Shown: piece by piece, positions 1-10,638 of the stretch
Numbering within the stretch: the stretch's first letter is position 1
How the letters are laid out: every line of letters starts with the position of its first letter
NCBI GenBank assembly: GCA_002346425.1
Contig: DDZS01000019.1
Span: 4,860 to 68,859 of the forward strand
Source: Alphaproteobacteria bacterium UBA3002
GTDB taxonomy: Bacteria; Pseudomonadota; Alphaproteobacteria; Rickettsiales; UBA3002
Length of the DNA stretch: 64,000 nt
Direction: 5' to 3'
The notes under the pieces: model-generated
What the model was told of the DNA's origin: nothing
The model's input: the letters and a program-made list of their open reading frames with translations, nothing else
The model's database searches: none
Translations under genes and position numbers: made by a program

Positions 1-286
1 ACCCACCCAGCGGTCCGGCATAAGCCACTTTATCACCGACGGAGAACCCAAACTCGCACCCCTCACCGACTGCGACGACCTCACCTGCACCTTCCACGCC
101 AAGGGTCGCGGGAAAGTCACCAATACCCATCAGTCCTTGCCGGTGATAGATGTCGATATAGTTTAAGCCCACCGCGCGCTGCTTGATCAGGACTTCACGC
201 GTCCCCGGTTCAGGGACATCAACGTCTACCCAATGCAAGGCCTCCGCGGGCCCGGGCTGATCTAGCCGGATGGCTTTTGCTTTCAT
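1..286 (-). CDS. NADPH:quinone oxidoreductase / zinc-type alcohol dehydrogenase family protein, N-terminal part (gene runs off the left edge)
   Basis: Hand translation of the minus strand from ATG at 286-284 gives MKAKAIRLDQPGPAEALHWVDVDVPEPGTREVLIKQRAVGLNYIDIYHRQG...GVEGAGEVVAVGEG, open to position 1. This is a typical Qor/MDR N-terminus. It is absent from the ORF track because there is no stop inside the window. Confidence 0.7.
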   Translation of the reverse strand, partial: MKAKAIRLDQPGPAEALHWVDVDVPEPGTREVLIKQRAVGLNYIDIYHRQGLMGIGDFPATLGVEGAGEVVAVGEGCEFGFSVGDKVAYAGPLGG

Positions 287-316
287 TGCGGTCGCTTTCT
301 GTTATAGCTCGGCCGC

Positions 317-1681
317 ATGATACACGATGGCGCAGAGAATTCAGTAAGCAATTCGCCGGAGGCGGATATTCCCGACCATGCCCGCGCCATTTTCGCCTGG
401 GCAACCCCGCCGGGGCGTTCTGGCGTTGCGGTGTTGCGAATTTCTGGCGCCTATGTCCCAGCTTGCGCAGCAGCGTTAGGGCTGGGTGCATTAACACCGC
501 GTCATGCACATCTACGCCAGATCATCGATCCTGATAATGTCGCGCCACTCGATCAGGCGCTTGTGCTCTATTTTAAAGCGCCCCATAGTTTTACAGGCGA
601 AGACGTGTTGGAACTGCATACCCATGGCAGCCTTGCTGTACGGCATCAGCTAACGTCGGTTTTAAGTGCCCTTCCCATGTGCCGTGCGGCAGAACCCGGT
701 GAATTCACGCGGCAAGCCTTTACCAATGGCAAGCTCGATTTAGCGCAAGTCGAAGGCTTGGCTGATGTGATCGACGCACAATCCGCACGACAGTTAGCAC
801 AGGCACAAGAACAGCTGCACGGTTCGCTTAGCGCATTTTATGAGGGGTTGCGCCATGATATCGTGCGCACCCTGGCATTTATTGAAGCCTATATTGATTT
901 TCCAGACGAAGAAATTCCCGACGACGTCATGCACACGGTGCGCACTTCCGTTACAGAAGCCCAAGATCGCATACAGCGCGTTCTGCAAGCACCAAACACC
1001 GGTGAAAAAATTCGTGAAGGCTTTACTGTTGCGATCATTGGCTCCCCAAATGTAGGGAAATCGAGTTTGCTTAATGCGATTGCGAAACGTGATGTAGCAA
1101 TCGTATCCGACATCCCGGGCACTACGCGGGATACCATAGAGGTAAGCATAGAGTTACACGGCTATTTGGTGACATTAATCGATACTGCGGGGCTGCGAGA
1201 GACCACCGACCAGGTAGAACAATTGGGGATCGAACGTAGTCGGCATTATGAGAAAAATGCTGATGTGATCCTACGCGTAACTGATCACGTTCCAGATCCG
1301 AAACAACCCAAGAGCGCTCTGGAGAAAAATGAGATTATGATCATTAATAAATGTGATCAGTTTCCATATGAGCCATCTCCCGAAATGTGCTACATATCCG
1401 CTAAAACGGGTGAGAATATCGACCAGCTTTTAGCGTTGATAGCGGCTAAATTGGCACTGACGGTATCTCGTCAACAAGACATTGTGATTACACGCGCGCG
1501 TCATCGCCAAGCACTGATTGCAGCGGCGGAAGCGCTAAAAGGATTTAATCAAGAAAAAGTCTATGAGTTAATGGCAGAAGAGCTGCGCCATGCTGCCTTT
1601 CATATCGGTAAAATCACTGGTAAAGTTGAAGTAGATCAGTTATTAGAGGTGATCTTTTCAGAATTTTGTATCGGTAAATAG
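317..1681 (+). CDS. mnmE: tRNA modification GTPase MnmE
   Basis: 454-aa ORF. N-domain [20 protein letters not shown]-domain [12 protein letters not shown] and DTAGLR, C-terminal CIGK. Directly precedes mnmG. Confidence 0.93.
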   Translation: MIHDGAENSVSNSPEADIPDHARAIFAWATPPGRSGVAVLRISGAYVPACAAALGLGALTPRHAHLRQIIDPDNVAPLDQALVLYFKAPHSFTGEDVLELHTHGSLAVRHQLTSVLSALPMCRAAEPGEFTRQAFTNGKLDLAQVEGLADVIDAQSARQLAQAQEQLHGSLSAFYEGLRHDIVRTLAFIEAYIDFPDEEIPDDVMHTVRTSVTEAQDRIQRVLQAPNTGEKIREGFTVAIIGSPNVGKSSLLNAIAKRDVAIVSDIPGTTRDTIEVSIELHGYLVTLIDTAGLRETTDQVEQLGIERSRHYEKNADVILRVTDHVPDPKQPKSALEKNEIMIINKCDQFPYEPSPEMCYISAKTGENIDQLLALIAAKLALTVSRQQDIVITRARHRQALIAAAEALKGFNQEKVYELMAEELRHAAFHIGKITGKVEVDQLLEVIFSEFCIGK

Positions 1682-1683
1682 GA

Positions 1684-3540
1684 GTGTTTCACGTGAAACA
1701 TTTTGATGTAATTGTAATAGGCGGTGGGCATGCAGGCACAGAGGCTGCAGCCGCATCTGCGCGGATGGGCATCAATACGGCTTTAATTACGCACCGATAT
1801 GATACGATCGGTGAAATGTCATGCAATCCGGCTATTGGTGGTATCGGTAAAGGAACATTAGTCCGCGAAGTGGATGCGCTAGACGGCGTTATGGGTCGCG
1901 CAATCGATCAAGCGGGTATCCATTTTCGCATTCTTAACCAAAGTCGGGGACCAGCTGTCCATGGGCCGCGCGCCCAAGCGGATCGTGCGTTATATAAAGC
2001 GGCAGTGCAATCCATATTAAATGAATATAGCTGCCTCACGATTATTGAAGACGCTATAGACGATATCATTTGGGAGGATGGGTGCGTCAAATCTGTAGTA
2101 GGTAAAAAAGAGAGTTACGGTTGCGATGCGGTGGTTCTAACCACGGGTACCTTTCTCAACGGATTAATTCATATCGGGGATAAGACAACGCCCGCCGGGC
2201 GAGTTGGCGAAGCCCCTTCCTATGGACTTTCTGAACGCTTGCGCGATGCTGGATTGCAATTAGGACGTTTAAAAACGGGCACCCCTGCCAGATTAAACGG
2301 GAAAACTATAGATTGGTCTGTGTTGCAAGAGCAACCTGGGGATCTGATCCCTACCCCATTTTCCTATATCACGGATAGCATTACCACTCCGCAAATACGG
2401 TGCTTTATAACGCATACTAATGAAGAAACCCACCGCATCATTCAAGAGAACATACATCGTTCTGCTATGTATTCTGGTCAAATCGAAGGGGTTGGTCCAC
2501 GGTATTGTCCATCCATCGAAGATAAAGTCACTCGTTTTGCTGATAAGTCACAGCATCAGATTTTCCTGGAGCCGGAAGGGTTAGACGATGATACCATTTA
2601 TCCTAATGGTATATCGACTTCCTTGCCTGAAGAAGTCCAGCATGCGTTCATCCGTAGTATGAAAGGACTTGAGTCCGTTGAGATCCTTCGCCCAGGTTAT
2701 GCAATCGAATATGATTATATTGATCCTAGGGAGTTGTGTCCTGCCCTAGAAACTAAAAAAGTCTCTGGGTTATTTCTGGCGGGACAAATTAATGGCACGA
2801 CGGGATATGAAGAGGCGGCTGGTCAAGGTATCATTGCGGGTATTAATGCAGCCTCCAAAGTGAGTAATCGTCCTGCTTTCACTGTATCGCGTGCCGATGC
2901 GTATTTAGGTGTGATGATCGATGATCTGATTACTCTAGGCACTAAAGAGCCGTACCGTATGTTTACCTCGCGCTCCGAATTCCGGTTAAGTTTGAGGGCT
3001 GATAATGCTGACCGTCGCCTCACACCATTAGGCATTCAGCAAGGATGTGTGGATCAAACTAGAGTGGATATTTTTAATAGTAAAATGTTAGCTATTCATA
3101 AAGCCGAAAAGACATTACAGTCACTGCGAATCACACCGAGCGCGGCGCAGAAGCATGGAATCAAAATCAATCAAGATGGTGTACAGCGTTCAGCAATGGA
3201 ATTATTGGCGCTTTCGGATGTTTCACGTGAAACGCTGATTAGCATTTGGCCAGATATTTCCAATATACGTCCGGCGGTATTTGATCAATGCGCCATCGAC
3301 GCCATGTATGCACGTTATTTAAAACGGCAGGAATCGGAGCGGAATGCTTTAGTACAAGAGGAAGCCGTTACCATACCCGCAAATTTAAATTACAAAGATA
3401 TACCATCGCTTTCTAACGAGATTAAAGAAAAGCTTCAACAAGCTAAGCCGAATAATATTCGTATGGCAAGCCAGATACCGGGCATGACGCCTGCAGCTGT
3501 TATTGCATTATTATCATATATCAATCGACAACGTGCCTAA
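1684..3540 (+). CDS. mnmG: tRNA uridine 5-carboxymethylaminomethyl modification enzyme MnmG (GidA)
   Basis: 618 aa. FAD fold [15 protein letters not shown], also [16 protein letters not shown]. Start could be GTG 1684 or GTG 1693. Confidence 0.95.
   Translation: MFHVKHFDVIVIGGGHAGTEAAAASARMGINTALITHRYDTIGEMSCNPAIGGIGKGTLVREVDALDGVMGRAIDQAGIHFRILNQSRGPAVHGPRAQADRALYKAAVQSILNEYSCLTIIEDAIDDIIWEDGCVKSVVGKKESYGCDAVVLTTGTFLNGLIHIGDKTTPAGRVGEAPSYGLSERLRDAGLQLGRLKTGTPARLNGKTIDWSVLQEQPGDLIPTPFSYITDSITTPQIRCFITHTNEETHRIIQENIHRSAMYSGQIEGVGPRYCPSIEDKVTRFADKSQHQIFLEPEGLDDDTIYPNGISTSLPEEVQHAFIRSMKGLESVEILRPGYAIEYDYIDPRELCPALETKKVSGLFLAGQINGTTGYEEAAGQGIIAGINAASKVSNRPAFTVSRADAYLGVMIDDLITLGTKEPYRMFTSRSEFRLSLRADNADRRLTPLGIQQGCVDQTRVDIFNSKMLAIHKAEKTLQSLRITPSAAQKHGIKINQDGVQRSAMELLALSDVSRETLISIWPDISNIRPAVFDQCAIDAMYARYLKRQESERNALVQEEAVTIPANLNYKDIPSLSNEIKEKLQQAKPNNIRMASQIPGMTPAAVIALLSYINRQRA
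1685..1700. other. parS centromere site 1 (TGTTTCACGTGAAACA, perfect 16-bp palindrome)
   Basis: Exact match to the canonical ParB-binding consensus TGTTNCACGTGAAACA. Overlaps the mnmG start and is read as M-F-H-V-K-H. Confidence 0.85.
3219..3234. other. parS centromere site 2 (TGTTTCACGTGAAACG)
   Basis: 15 of 16 matches to the parS consensus. Lies inside mnmG and is read as D-V-S-R-E-T. Confidence 0.8.
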
Positions 3541-4144
3541 ACCGATTTCTTTACTTGACGTTCCACGTGGAACAATGGAGCGGCTCGAACACTATGTTGC
3601 GCTATTGCTGAAATGGCAACGATCTATTAATTTAATTTCTAATGCTGATGCGACACTGATCTGGGAACGGCATATTGTCGATGCGCATCAATTATTGCCT
3701 ATAGTGTTGGGCCATCGACCATCACATATAATAGATATTGGTAGTGGTGGTGGCATTCCAGGTATAGTATTGGCGATACTGCATGATACCCCGATCACAT
3801 TGGTTGAATCAGATCGCCGCAAAATTGCATTTTTAGAAACCGTCTGTGCTGAGCTGAATTTGTTCCACGTGAAACTATTATGCCAACGTATCGAAGATGT
3901 AGAGATACAAAAACCTGACATAATTACCGCGCGAGGATGCGCGTCAATTGATCAAATGCTACAGTGGATTGAGACTATTATGTGTCCAACCACCATTTGC
4001 GTATTTCCAAAAGGGAAAACTTACGCTATGGAATTAGAAGAGGCGCAACATCATTGGCAATTTGATTATGTCGCGCATGTAAGTGAAACCGATACAAACG
4101 CACGGATCCTTGAATTATGCAACATCCATCGCCGCGCATCTTAG
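3533..4144 (+). CDS. rsmG: 16S rRNA (guanine527-N7)-methyltransferase RsmG (GidB)
   Basis: The track ORF is 3503..4144. I prefer GTG 3533 (203 aa, 8-nt overlap with mnmG). The conserved N-terminal DV(S/P)R(E/G)T-x-ERL motif lies upstream of the first ATG at 3575. SAM motif [10 protein letters not shown]. Confidence 0.88.
   Translation: MPKPISLLDVPRGTMERLEHYVALLLKWQRSINLISNADATLIWERHIVDAHQLLPIVLGHRPSHIIDIGSGGGIPGIVLAILHDTPITLVESDRRKIAFLETVCAELNLFHVKLLCQRIEDVEIQKPDIITARGCASIDQMLQWIETIMCPTTICVFPKGKTYAMELEEAQHHWQFDYVAHVSETDTNARILELCNIHRRAS
3559..3574. other. parS centromere site 3 (CGTTCCACGTGGAACA)
   Basis: 15 of 16 matches to the consensus, with a 14-bp perfect inner palindrome. Lies in the rsmG N-terminus and is read as D-V-P-R-G-T. 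Confidence 0.75.
3861..3876. other. parS centromere site 4 (TGTTCCACGTGAAACT)
   Basis: 15 of 16 matches to the consensus. Lies inside rsmG and is read as L-F-H-V-K-L. Confidence 0.8.
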
Positions 4145-4920
4145 CTATAGTCAATCAAAAGGGCGGGGTGGGCAAAACAACGACTGCCGTGAATATGGCT
4201 ACCGCGTTAGCGGCTATTGGTAAAAAAGTGCTTTTAATTGATTTGGATCCCCAAGGAAACGCGAGTACTGGATTAGGTGTCGATTCGCGGCGTAGAACGA
4301 TCAATAGTTATCACGTGCTGATAGACCAACGCCCCTTATCTGAAGCGGTTATTGCTACGGATATACCGCGCTTAGACATTGTGCCAGCGAATATCGATTT
4401 ATCCGCAGCGGAAATTGAGCTTGTAGCTGTCAGCCGCCGTGAATACCAATTAGCAAATATCGTGCAGCAATCACACACAGAGCATGACTATATTTTGATT
4501 GATTGTCCGCCCTCGCTCGGCTTAATCACACTGAACGCACTTACTTGTTCCGACTCCGTAATAATCCCCCTTCAGTGTGAGTTTTACGCTTTGGAGGGCC
4601 TAAGTCATCTGCTTAAAACGATTAAGCTCATACAGCATAAATTAAACCCCGCACTGACGATCCATGGTGTCGTTTTAACCATGTATGATCGTCGAAATAA
4701 ATTAACGGAACATATCGAGCATGATGTGCGCAGTTTTATGGGCGAGGATGTGTATCAAACCGTCATTCCGCGTAATGTGCGGATATCAGAAGCGCCGTCG
4801 CATGGAAAGCCGGCCATTGTGTATGATTTGAATTGTGCCGGTTCTAAAGCTTATCTGAATTTAGCCAAAGAATTGATCCAGCGTGAAAAGCGTTGGGTAA
4901 AAGCGCAGCAAGTAGCCTAG
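4117..4920 (+). CDS. parA: chromosome partitioning ATPase ParA (Soj)
   Basis: 267 aa. Deviant Walker A NQKGGVGKTTTAVN. Overlaps the rsmG end and precedes parB. Confidence 0.95.
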   Translation: MQHPSPRILAIVNQKGGVGKTTTAVNMATALAAIGKKVLLIDLDPQGNASTGLGVDSRRRTINSYHVLIDQRPLSEAVIATDIPRLDIVPANIDLSAAEIELVAVSRREYQLANIVQQSHTEHDYILIDCPPSLGLITLNALTCSDSVIIPLQCEFYALEGLSHLLKTIKLIQHKLNPALTIHGVVLTMYDRRNKLTEHIEHDVRSFMGEDVYQTVIPRNVRISEAPSHGKPAIVYDLNCAGSKAYLNLAKELIQREKRWVKAQQVA

Positions 4921-4929
4921 GGAGTTTGT

Positions 4930-5880
4930 ATGAATAAAGCAGCCACAAGCAAGGGATTGGGTAAAGGCCTTTCCGCGTTGATGGGAGAAGAATATAGTAG
5001 CTCGATGCAGGCGTCGAATGATGCCTCTGGCGAAGTGAAAGAAGGATTAACCCAATTGCTGGTCGCAAATGTGCATAGCGGCACCTTCCAACCGCGGACA
5101 CATTTTGATGATACCTACTTACATGAATTAGCGGATTCGATTGAGAAAAATGGGGTCATGCAGCCGATTATCGTGCGCCCCTCCCCAAAATATGAAGGGC
5201 AATATGAGATTATTGCCGGTGAACGCCGCTGGCGGGCGTCTAAATTAGCTGAAATCGGTACTATTCCCGCGATTATACGCGATATTGACGACAAATTAGC
5301 GCTTGAACTCGCGCTGGTTGAAAATATTCAACGGCAAGATTTGAACGCGATCGAAGAAGCGGCCGGGTATCAGCGTTTGATCGATGAATTTAATTACACA
5401 CAAGAGGCCCTGGCGCACACGGTCGGGAAAAGCCGTAGCCATATTGCCAATTTGCTTCGCCTCTTGAGTCTGCCGGAGCCAGTGCAGCAATCCGTACGCG
5501 AAGGTAAACTTAGTATGGGGCATGCGCGCGCCCTGCTCGGTGCGAAAGACATCGAAGCACTGGCAAAACGCGTCATGGATGAAGCCTTAAATGTCCGCCA
5601 AACCGAAACACTGGCAAAAGGTGGCAGCCTGGAACCGGTGGCAGCGCCGAGTTTTGGGGGGACGCCGACGCGTGATCGTAGCAATCAAGGCGGCTCTGGT
5701 AAGAGCAGGGGCAGTGCGAAAGATCCGGATATAATAGCTCTGGAAGAAACCTTGTCCGAAAATCTTGGTTTATCCGTCAGCATCGAAGATAAAGGCGATC
5801 AGTCGGGCACCATTTTGTTGCATTATAAGAATTTGAGGCAATTAGACGAGATTTTACAGCGGCTTGGCGATTCAATCTAA
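4930..5880 (+). CDS. parB: chromosome partitioning protein ParB (Spo0J)
   Basis: 316 aa. ParB box IIAGERRWRASKLA, HTH region LAHTVGKSRSHIANLLRLL. Confidence 0.95.
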   Translation: MNKAATSKGLGKGLSALMGEEYSSSMQASNDASGEVKEGLTQLLVANVHSGTFQPRTHFDDTYLHELADSIEKNGVMQPIIVRPSPKYEGQYEIIAGERRWRASKLAEIGTIPAIIRDIDDKLALELALVENIQRQDLNAIEEAAGYQRLIDEFNYTQEALAHTVGKSRSHIANLLRLLSLPEPVQQSVREGKLSMGHARALLGAKDIEALAKRVMDEALNVRQTETLAKGGSLEPVAAPSFGGTPTRDRSNQGGSGKSRGSAKDPDIIALEETLSENLGLSVSIEDKGDQSGTILLHYKNLRQLDEILQRLGDSI

Positions 5881-6905
5881 CGGCCCGCGGCCTGACACCG
5901 TTTTAACGTAAACAATAATTGCTGCGGTAGGTAAACCGGCAAACCGCTGGCACTGCTTTTTAGCGCTATCTCCCATTCGAATAACTGATGCAGCATGTGA
6001 TCGAGCATTTTACCAGACCATTGCCCGACCTGTCGCGCTAAAGTATCCTGCTGTTTGAAAAAAATAGGAGGGCGGAAGGACTTGACGGCCTGAGCGGGTG
6101 ATTCCCCAGCATCCACTTGCTGGCGTAGATGCTGCAGGCGGCTAAAATAGGTCAGTAAAATGCGCAGCATCGCAATATCCTGCACGTCTTCAGCGCGCAG
6201 GCGATCGTAATAATTCATGGCTTGGGCATAGTGGTGCGAAGCGACGGCCTCACAAAATTCATTAAGCTGGCGCTCACGCGATGCATCGGTCACGGCCATC
6301 ACATCCGAAAGCTCAACAGTGGTCTGTTCGCCCATATAAAGCGAAAGTTTTTCCAGCTCACTGAGGATAATCATCCGATCGCCGCCCAATTGTTGCGCCA
6401 TCCAGCGTAAGGCATCGGGTTTGACCTGCAACCCGTAGCCTTGCAAGGTTTGTGTGATCAATTTTTCGAGCGACCACCCATCGTCCTGATAACAGGGTAG
6501 GGCGGCCATCGCTTTATCGGCTTCAGCCCATTTGCGTAATGGTGAGCGGGCGCTTAAATCATCCGACAAAATGATTAGATACGCGTTTTGCGCATTCAAA
6601 TATTCCGCGGCATCCTGAAAAATCTTGGCCTGTTTGTCGCCAGCATCACGGATGACGACCACACGGCGGCCCCCGGTAAAGCTCATCGCGGTCAATTCAT
6701 CGGCGAGCCGCGCCGGATCATCTTGGAGTTGATCGCCCCCTAAATCGGCGCGGTTAAAAGGGTCTTGCAGGTCTTGCAAAAAATGTCCGGCAATCTGGTC
6801 AAGCCGCTGGCGGATTAACCCACGATCTGGGCCATACAACAAGACACCGCAGCTTTGTGCAGGTTGCGCGACAAAACCGTCGACCTGTTTGGTCGTAAGT
6901 TTCAT
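5877..6905 (-). CDS. holA: DNA polymerase III subunit delta
   Basis: 342 aa. N-terminus VLLYGPDRGLIRQR. Sits in the conserved leuS-lptE-holA arrangement, with a 4-nt overlap with lptE. Confidence 0.85.
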   Translation of the reverse strand: MKLTTKQVDGFVAQPAQSCGVLLYGPDRGLIRQRLDQIAGHFLQDLQDPFNRADLGGDQLQDDPARLADELTAMSFTGGRRVVVIRDAGDKQAKIFQDAAEYLNAQNAYLIILSDDLSARSPLRKWAEADKAMAALPCYQDDGWSLEKLITQTLQGYGLQVKPDALRWMAQQLGGDRMIILSELEKLSLYMGEQTTVELSDVMAVTDASRERQLNEFCEAVASHHYAQAMNYYDRLRAEDVQDIAMLRILLTYFSRLQHLRQQVDAGESPAQAVKSFRPPIFFKQQDTLARQVGQWSGKMLDHMLHQLFEWEIALKSSASGLPVYLPQQLLFTLKRCQAAGR

Positions 6906-7405
6906 TGCGTGCGGCGAATCGCGGCATTCAACACGGCGGGAATGCGCACGCCATAGAGTTCTGCAATCGCCTGAATACCGCGCTGCATCGCATCTTCTTG
7001 CGCAACAAAAGTAGAATAATCGGCGTCTTCGGACACATTATAGCTGACATCGCGGCGCAAAATGCCACGTTTCAGCACCACATCATCCGTGGTGCGGATC
7101 AACGTCCAGGGCGAGCTCATGCGTAAGGTATAGCGCGAGGCGAGTCCGTCTGGCTCAATAATGAACGCTTCCGAAGCCACGCTCAAGCCAGCTTCGAGCC
7201 GGTAACGCGCGTTTGGGTTATCGAGTATATGCAATTCATCTTCAATAGCCGCTTTTAAGCGATTTCCTTCCCATCCATCGGCGGTGACGACCTGCACCTG
7301 CTGAATGACGTCGGCGGTGTCTAAACGGCCTTCATTGACTTCGTAGACCGGTTTAAAACCGCAGGCTGAGATCCAACATAGCGCGAGGATACCAAACCAG
7401 CGCAT
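6902..7405 (-). CDS. lptE: LPS assembly lipoprotein LptE
   Basis: The track ORF 6902..7675 runs into leuS. The internal ATG at 7405-7403 gives [17 protein letters not shown] with a lipobox, and forms an ATGA overlap with the leuS stop. 167 aa, positioned between leuS and holA. Confidence 0.8.
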   Translation of the reverse strand: MRWFGILALCWISACGFKPVYEVNEGRLDTADVIQQVQVVTADGWEGNRLKAAIEDELHILDNPNARYRLEAGLSVASEAFIIEPDGLASRYTLRMSSPWTLIRTTDDVVLKRGILRRDVSYNVSEDADYSTFVAQEDAMQRGIQAIAELYGVRIPAVLNAAIRRTQ

Positions 7406-9936
7406 CAGGCGGCCACCACATTGACGATTTTGCCCGGAACCACAATCACTTTGCGAATCGCTTTGCCGTCGAGGGCTTTTTGCACATTGGATAGCGCAAG
7501 CGCTGCTTCTTCGGTCGCTTCTTTTGAGATGTTTTTCGCAAGCTCTAATGTGCCGCGAAGTTTGCCATTGACCTGTACGGCCAGCTTGACGGTGTCTTCC
7601 TGCAATAGCGAGGTATCGGCAGTCGGCCAGGATTGTTCGCAGACTAAGCCCTGATCCGGGCATAAGGTGCCCCACATTTCTTCGGCCAAATGCGGCATCA
7701 GCGGTGCGCAGAGAATGGTCGCAGTGCGCATCGCTTCGACGAAAGCGGCCGCTTGCATGGCATCCGTCAGATCGGCTTGGGATGCTTTATTGGTCAACTC
7801 GCGGATCAGGGCGACGACTTTGTTGTAATGCAGAAGCTCAATTTCATCGCTGACTTGGGCGATGGTCGCATGGGTCGTTTTGCGTAATTCTAACGCGAAT
7901 CCCTCCGCGGCAGTCAGATCGGTGGTGGGGTCGCACGCAACCGCGTCTTGCGTCAGACGCCATAAACGGCTGACATAGCGCCATGCGCCATCGACGCCGG
8001 CTTCGGTCCATTCCAAATCACGCTCGGGCGGGGAATCAGAAAGCATGAACAGGCGTGCTGTATCCGCGCCATACGCTTCAAGAATACGCTGCGGATCGAC
8101 TGTATTGCGTTTCGATTTACTCATTTTCTCAGAGCGACCGACCGTAACCGCCTCGCGATCGATAACTTCTTCGGGGTACAGCCATTGGCCTTCGGCATTT
8201 TTGTATGTTTCATGACAGACCATGCCTTGCGTCATGAGATTCTTGAACGGCTCCTTACAATCCAGAATGTCGCAGCGGGTGAGGGCCTTCATAAAAAAGC
8301 GCGAATAAAGCAAATGCAACACGGCATGCTCAATCCCGCCGATATAATAATCGACCGGCAACCATTCTTTCGCCGAGGCCGCGTCGATGCCCTGCGCATT
8401 ATCGGGCGAAGTGAAGCGCGCGAAATACCAGCTTGATTCGAAGAAGGTATCAAAGGTGTCAGTTTCACGGCGGGCTGCTTTGCCGCATTCTGGGCAATCG
8501 ACCTGCTTCCATGTCGGATGATGATCAAGCGGGTTGCCCGGTTGGTCAAAGCTGACATCTTCCGGCAGGGTAACGGGTAGCTCCGATTCCGGCACCGGGA
8601 CGACGCCACACTCCTCGCAGTGAATGAAGGGGATCGGGCAGCCCCAATAGCGCTGACGCGAAATGCCCCAATCACGCAGACGGTAATTGGTATGCGCTTC
8701 GCCGCAGCCTTTTTCTTGCAGGATTTCCAGCGCTTTTAGCTTGGCCTCGGCCGTGTCCAATCCGTTCAGAAAGTCTGAATTGATCAGCAGACCGGGCCCG
8801 GTATAGGCATCACGGTCGATGGTGATAGGTTCTCCGTCTGGCTGAACGACCGGTGTCACGCTCAGATCATATTTGCGGGCGAAATCAAGATCTCGCTGAT
8901 CATGTGCCGGACAGCCGAAGACCGCGCCTGTACCATAATCCATCAACACAAAATTGGCCACATAGACGGGTTTCGTTTCTCCGGTGAAGGGATGAATCAC
9001 CTTCAGGCCAGTATCATAGCCGCGTTTTTCCGCTTTTTCGATGGCCTCTTCGCTCGTGCCCAGAGCATCGCATTCTTTAATGAAGTCGGCCAGTTCACGG
9101 TCATCCGTTGCCAGTTGTTTAGCTAGCGGATGATTTGCAGCAATCGCTAAAAATGACATGCCAAACAAGGTGTCGGGGCGGGTGGTGTAGACCTCAATCT
9201 CAGTGGAAGCGGAAGACTGGCGACTGACGACATCAAATCGAACCCGCGCACCCAATGATTTACCGATCCAGTTTTCCTGCATGATGCGGACCTTTTCGGG
9301 CCAGCCATCCAGCTCGTTCAGATCGGCGAGCAGGTCATCCGCGAAGTCTGAAATTTTTAAAAACCATTGCGCCAATTCGCGGCGTTCGACCGGGGCGCCG
9401 GAACGCCAACCCTTACCGTCGACCACCTGCTCGTTGGCGAGCACCGTGTTATCGACCGGGTCCCAGTTGACGAAAGAGGTCTTGCGATAAGCGAGGCCAG
9501 CTTTATACAGCTCGATGAAAAAGCGCTGCTCATGCTGATAATAGTCCGGATCGCAGGTGGCGAATTCGCGACTCCAATCATAACTGAGGCCGATACCTTT
9601 TAACTGCTCGCGCATGGCGGCGATATTGTCATAGGTCCAGCTACCGGGATGCACCTTGCGCTCAATCGCGGCATTTTCGGCGGGTAAGCCAAACGCGTCC
9701 CACCCCATAGGGTGCAAGACATTAAATCCTTTCGCCCGCTTATAGCGCGCCAATACATCGCCAAGCGTATAATTGCGCACATGGCCCATATGGATTTTAC
9801 CTGACGGGTAGGGGAACATTTCCAGTACATAATAGGGTGGTTTGTCGCTGCTTTGGGGCGTATTGAAGGTGCCGCGTTCGGCCCAGACGGATTGCCATTT
9901 CGGCTCCACCGTCCGGTGATTATAACGTTCGCTCAT
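7405..9936 (-). CDS. leuS: leucine--tRNA ligase
   Basis: 843 aa. HMGH ([13 protein letters not shown]) and KMSKS motifs are present. Confidence 0.97.
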   Translation of the reverse strand: MSERYNHRTVEPKWQSVWAERGTFNTPQSSDKPPYYVLEMFPYPSGKIHMGHVRNYTLGDVLARYKRAKGFNVLHPMGWDAFGLPAENAAIERKVHPGSWTYDNIAAMREQLKGIGLSYDWSREFATCDPDYYQHEQRFFIELYKAGLAYRKTSFVNWDPVDNTVLANEQVVDGKGWRSGAPVERRELAQWFLKISDFADDLLADLNELDGWPEKVRIMQENWIGKSLGARVRFDVVSRQSSASTEIEVYTTRPDTLFGMSFLAIAANHPLAKQLATDDRELADFIKECDALGTSEEAIEKAEKRGYDTGLKVIHPFTGETKPVYVANFVLMDYGTGAVFGCPAHDQRDLDFARKYDLSVTPVVQPDGEPITIDRDAYTGPGLLINSDFLNGLDTAEAKLKALEILQEKGCGEAHTNYRLRDWGISRQRYWGCPIPFIHCEECGVVPVPESELPVTLPEDVSFDQPGNPLDHHPTWKQVDCPECGKAARRETDTFDTFFESSWYFARFTSPDNAQGIDAASAKEWLPVDYYIGGIEHAVLHLLYSRFFMKALTRCDILDCKEPFKNLMTQGMVCHETYKNAEGQWLYPEEVIDREAVTVGRSEKMSKSKRNTVDPQRILEAYGADTARLFMLSDSPPERDLEWTEAGVDGAWRYVSRLWRLTQDAVACDPTTDLTAAEGFALELRKTTHATIAQVSDEIELLHYNKVVALIRELTNKASQADLTDAMQAAAFVEAMRTATILCAPLMPHLAEEMWGTLCPDQGLVCEQSWPTADTSLLQEDTVKLAVQVNGKLRGTLELAKNISKEATEEAALALSNVQKALDGKAIRKVIVVPGKIVNVVAA

Positions 9937-9938
9937 GA

Positions 9939-10442
9939 TTAACTCGCGTTGCGGACCCGGAGTTCACGCGCGCGCGTCAGGATCGTATCTTCCAATTTGC
10001 GCTCCAGCCCTTCTTCCGTATCAGCATCTTGCCAGCCATCGTCGCGTTTGACTTGTTTAAAGACCGAAACGTTGATGCCATCGGAGCGCAAGGTGCGGTC
10101 CAGAATCAGCGCGTTGATTTTAAAGCGCTCGCCGCGGGCTTTCGGGTCTTCGTACCAGTCGGTAATGATCACCCCACCAAACGGATCGGCGGAAGCAAGA
10201 GGCATGAATGCCAGCGTATCCAGCGTGGCGCGCCAGAGGAAACTGTTGACTCCGAGCGGATTATTGCCGCCGGAGGCCGCTTCTTCGTCGCCGCCTCCAA
10301 TGGTTAAGCCATCGCCGGTTAGTTTGCCGCGCTCATCAACGCGTTCGAGTTCCTGACGTTTAGGGAATACGGCTTCCGTATCCAGATCGTCACAGGCAGT
10401 AAGGATTAAGAGGGGGGCTAAAAGTAATAAGAGATATCGCAT
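9939..10442 (-). CDS. DUF3576-type lipoprotein
   Basis: 167 aa. Signal peptide plus lipobox LILTAC. The family is recalled as commonly sitting upstream of leuS in Alphaproteobacteria. Confidence 0.7.
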   Translation of the reverse strand: MRYLLLLLAPLLILTACDDLDTEAVFPKRQELERVDERGKLTGDGLTIGGGDEEAASGGNNPLGVNSFLWRATLDTLAFMPLASADPFGGVIITDWYEDPKARGERFKINALILDRTLRSDGINVSVFKQVKRDDGWQDADTEEGLERKLEDTILTRARELRVRNAS

Positions 10443-10638
10443 GGCGACTAGTCATAAAACTCCTGCAGTCTTTTCTCAAGTGAAATGGTGTGAGGGGTGG
10501 AGTGGTGAAATAGTGAAATGATAAAGGGGGAAATAGAAAAAAGTTTAAGTCACAGAGAATGACCGTTGGATTGCCAGGTCTAGCCCGGAAATGACTGTGC
10601 TTTATTATGTAATGCCGCCAGTAGGCGGAATCTGCCAA

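Noticed and set aside
3048-3056. Possible DnaA box (TGTGGATCA) and the idea that oriC lies next to mnmE-parB
   Set aside because: It is a single imperfect box inside mnmG. No cluster of boxes and no AT-rich unwinding element occurs in any intergenic spacer here. The intergenic gaps around mnmE-parB are only a few nt.
7406-7675. N-terminal 90-aa extension of the lptE ORF (track ORF 6902..7675)
   Set aside because: The extension overlaps the leuS coding region and is Arg/Ser/Cys-rich. The internal ATG at 7405 gives a proper lipoprotein signal and an ATGA overlap with the leuS stop.
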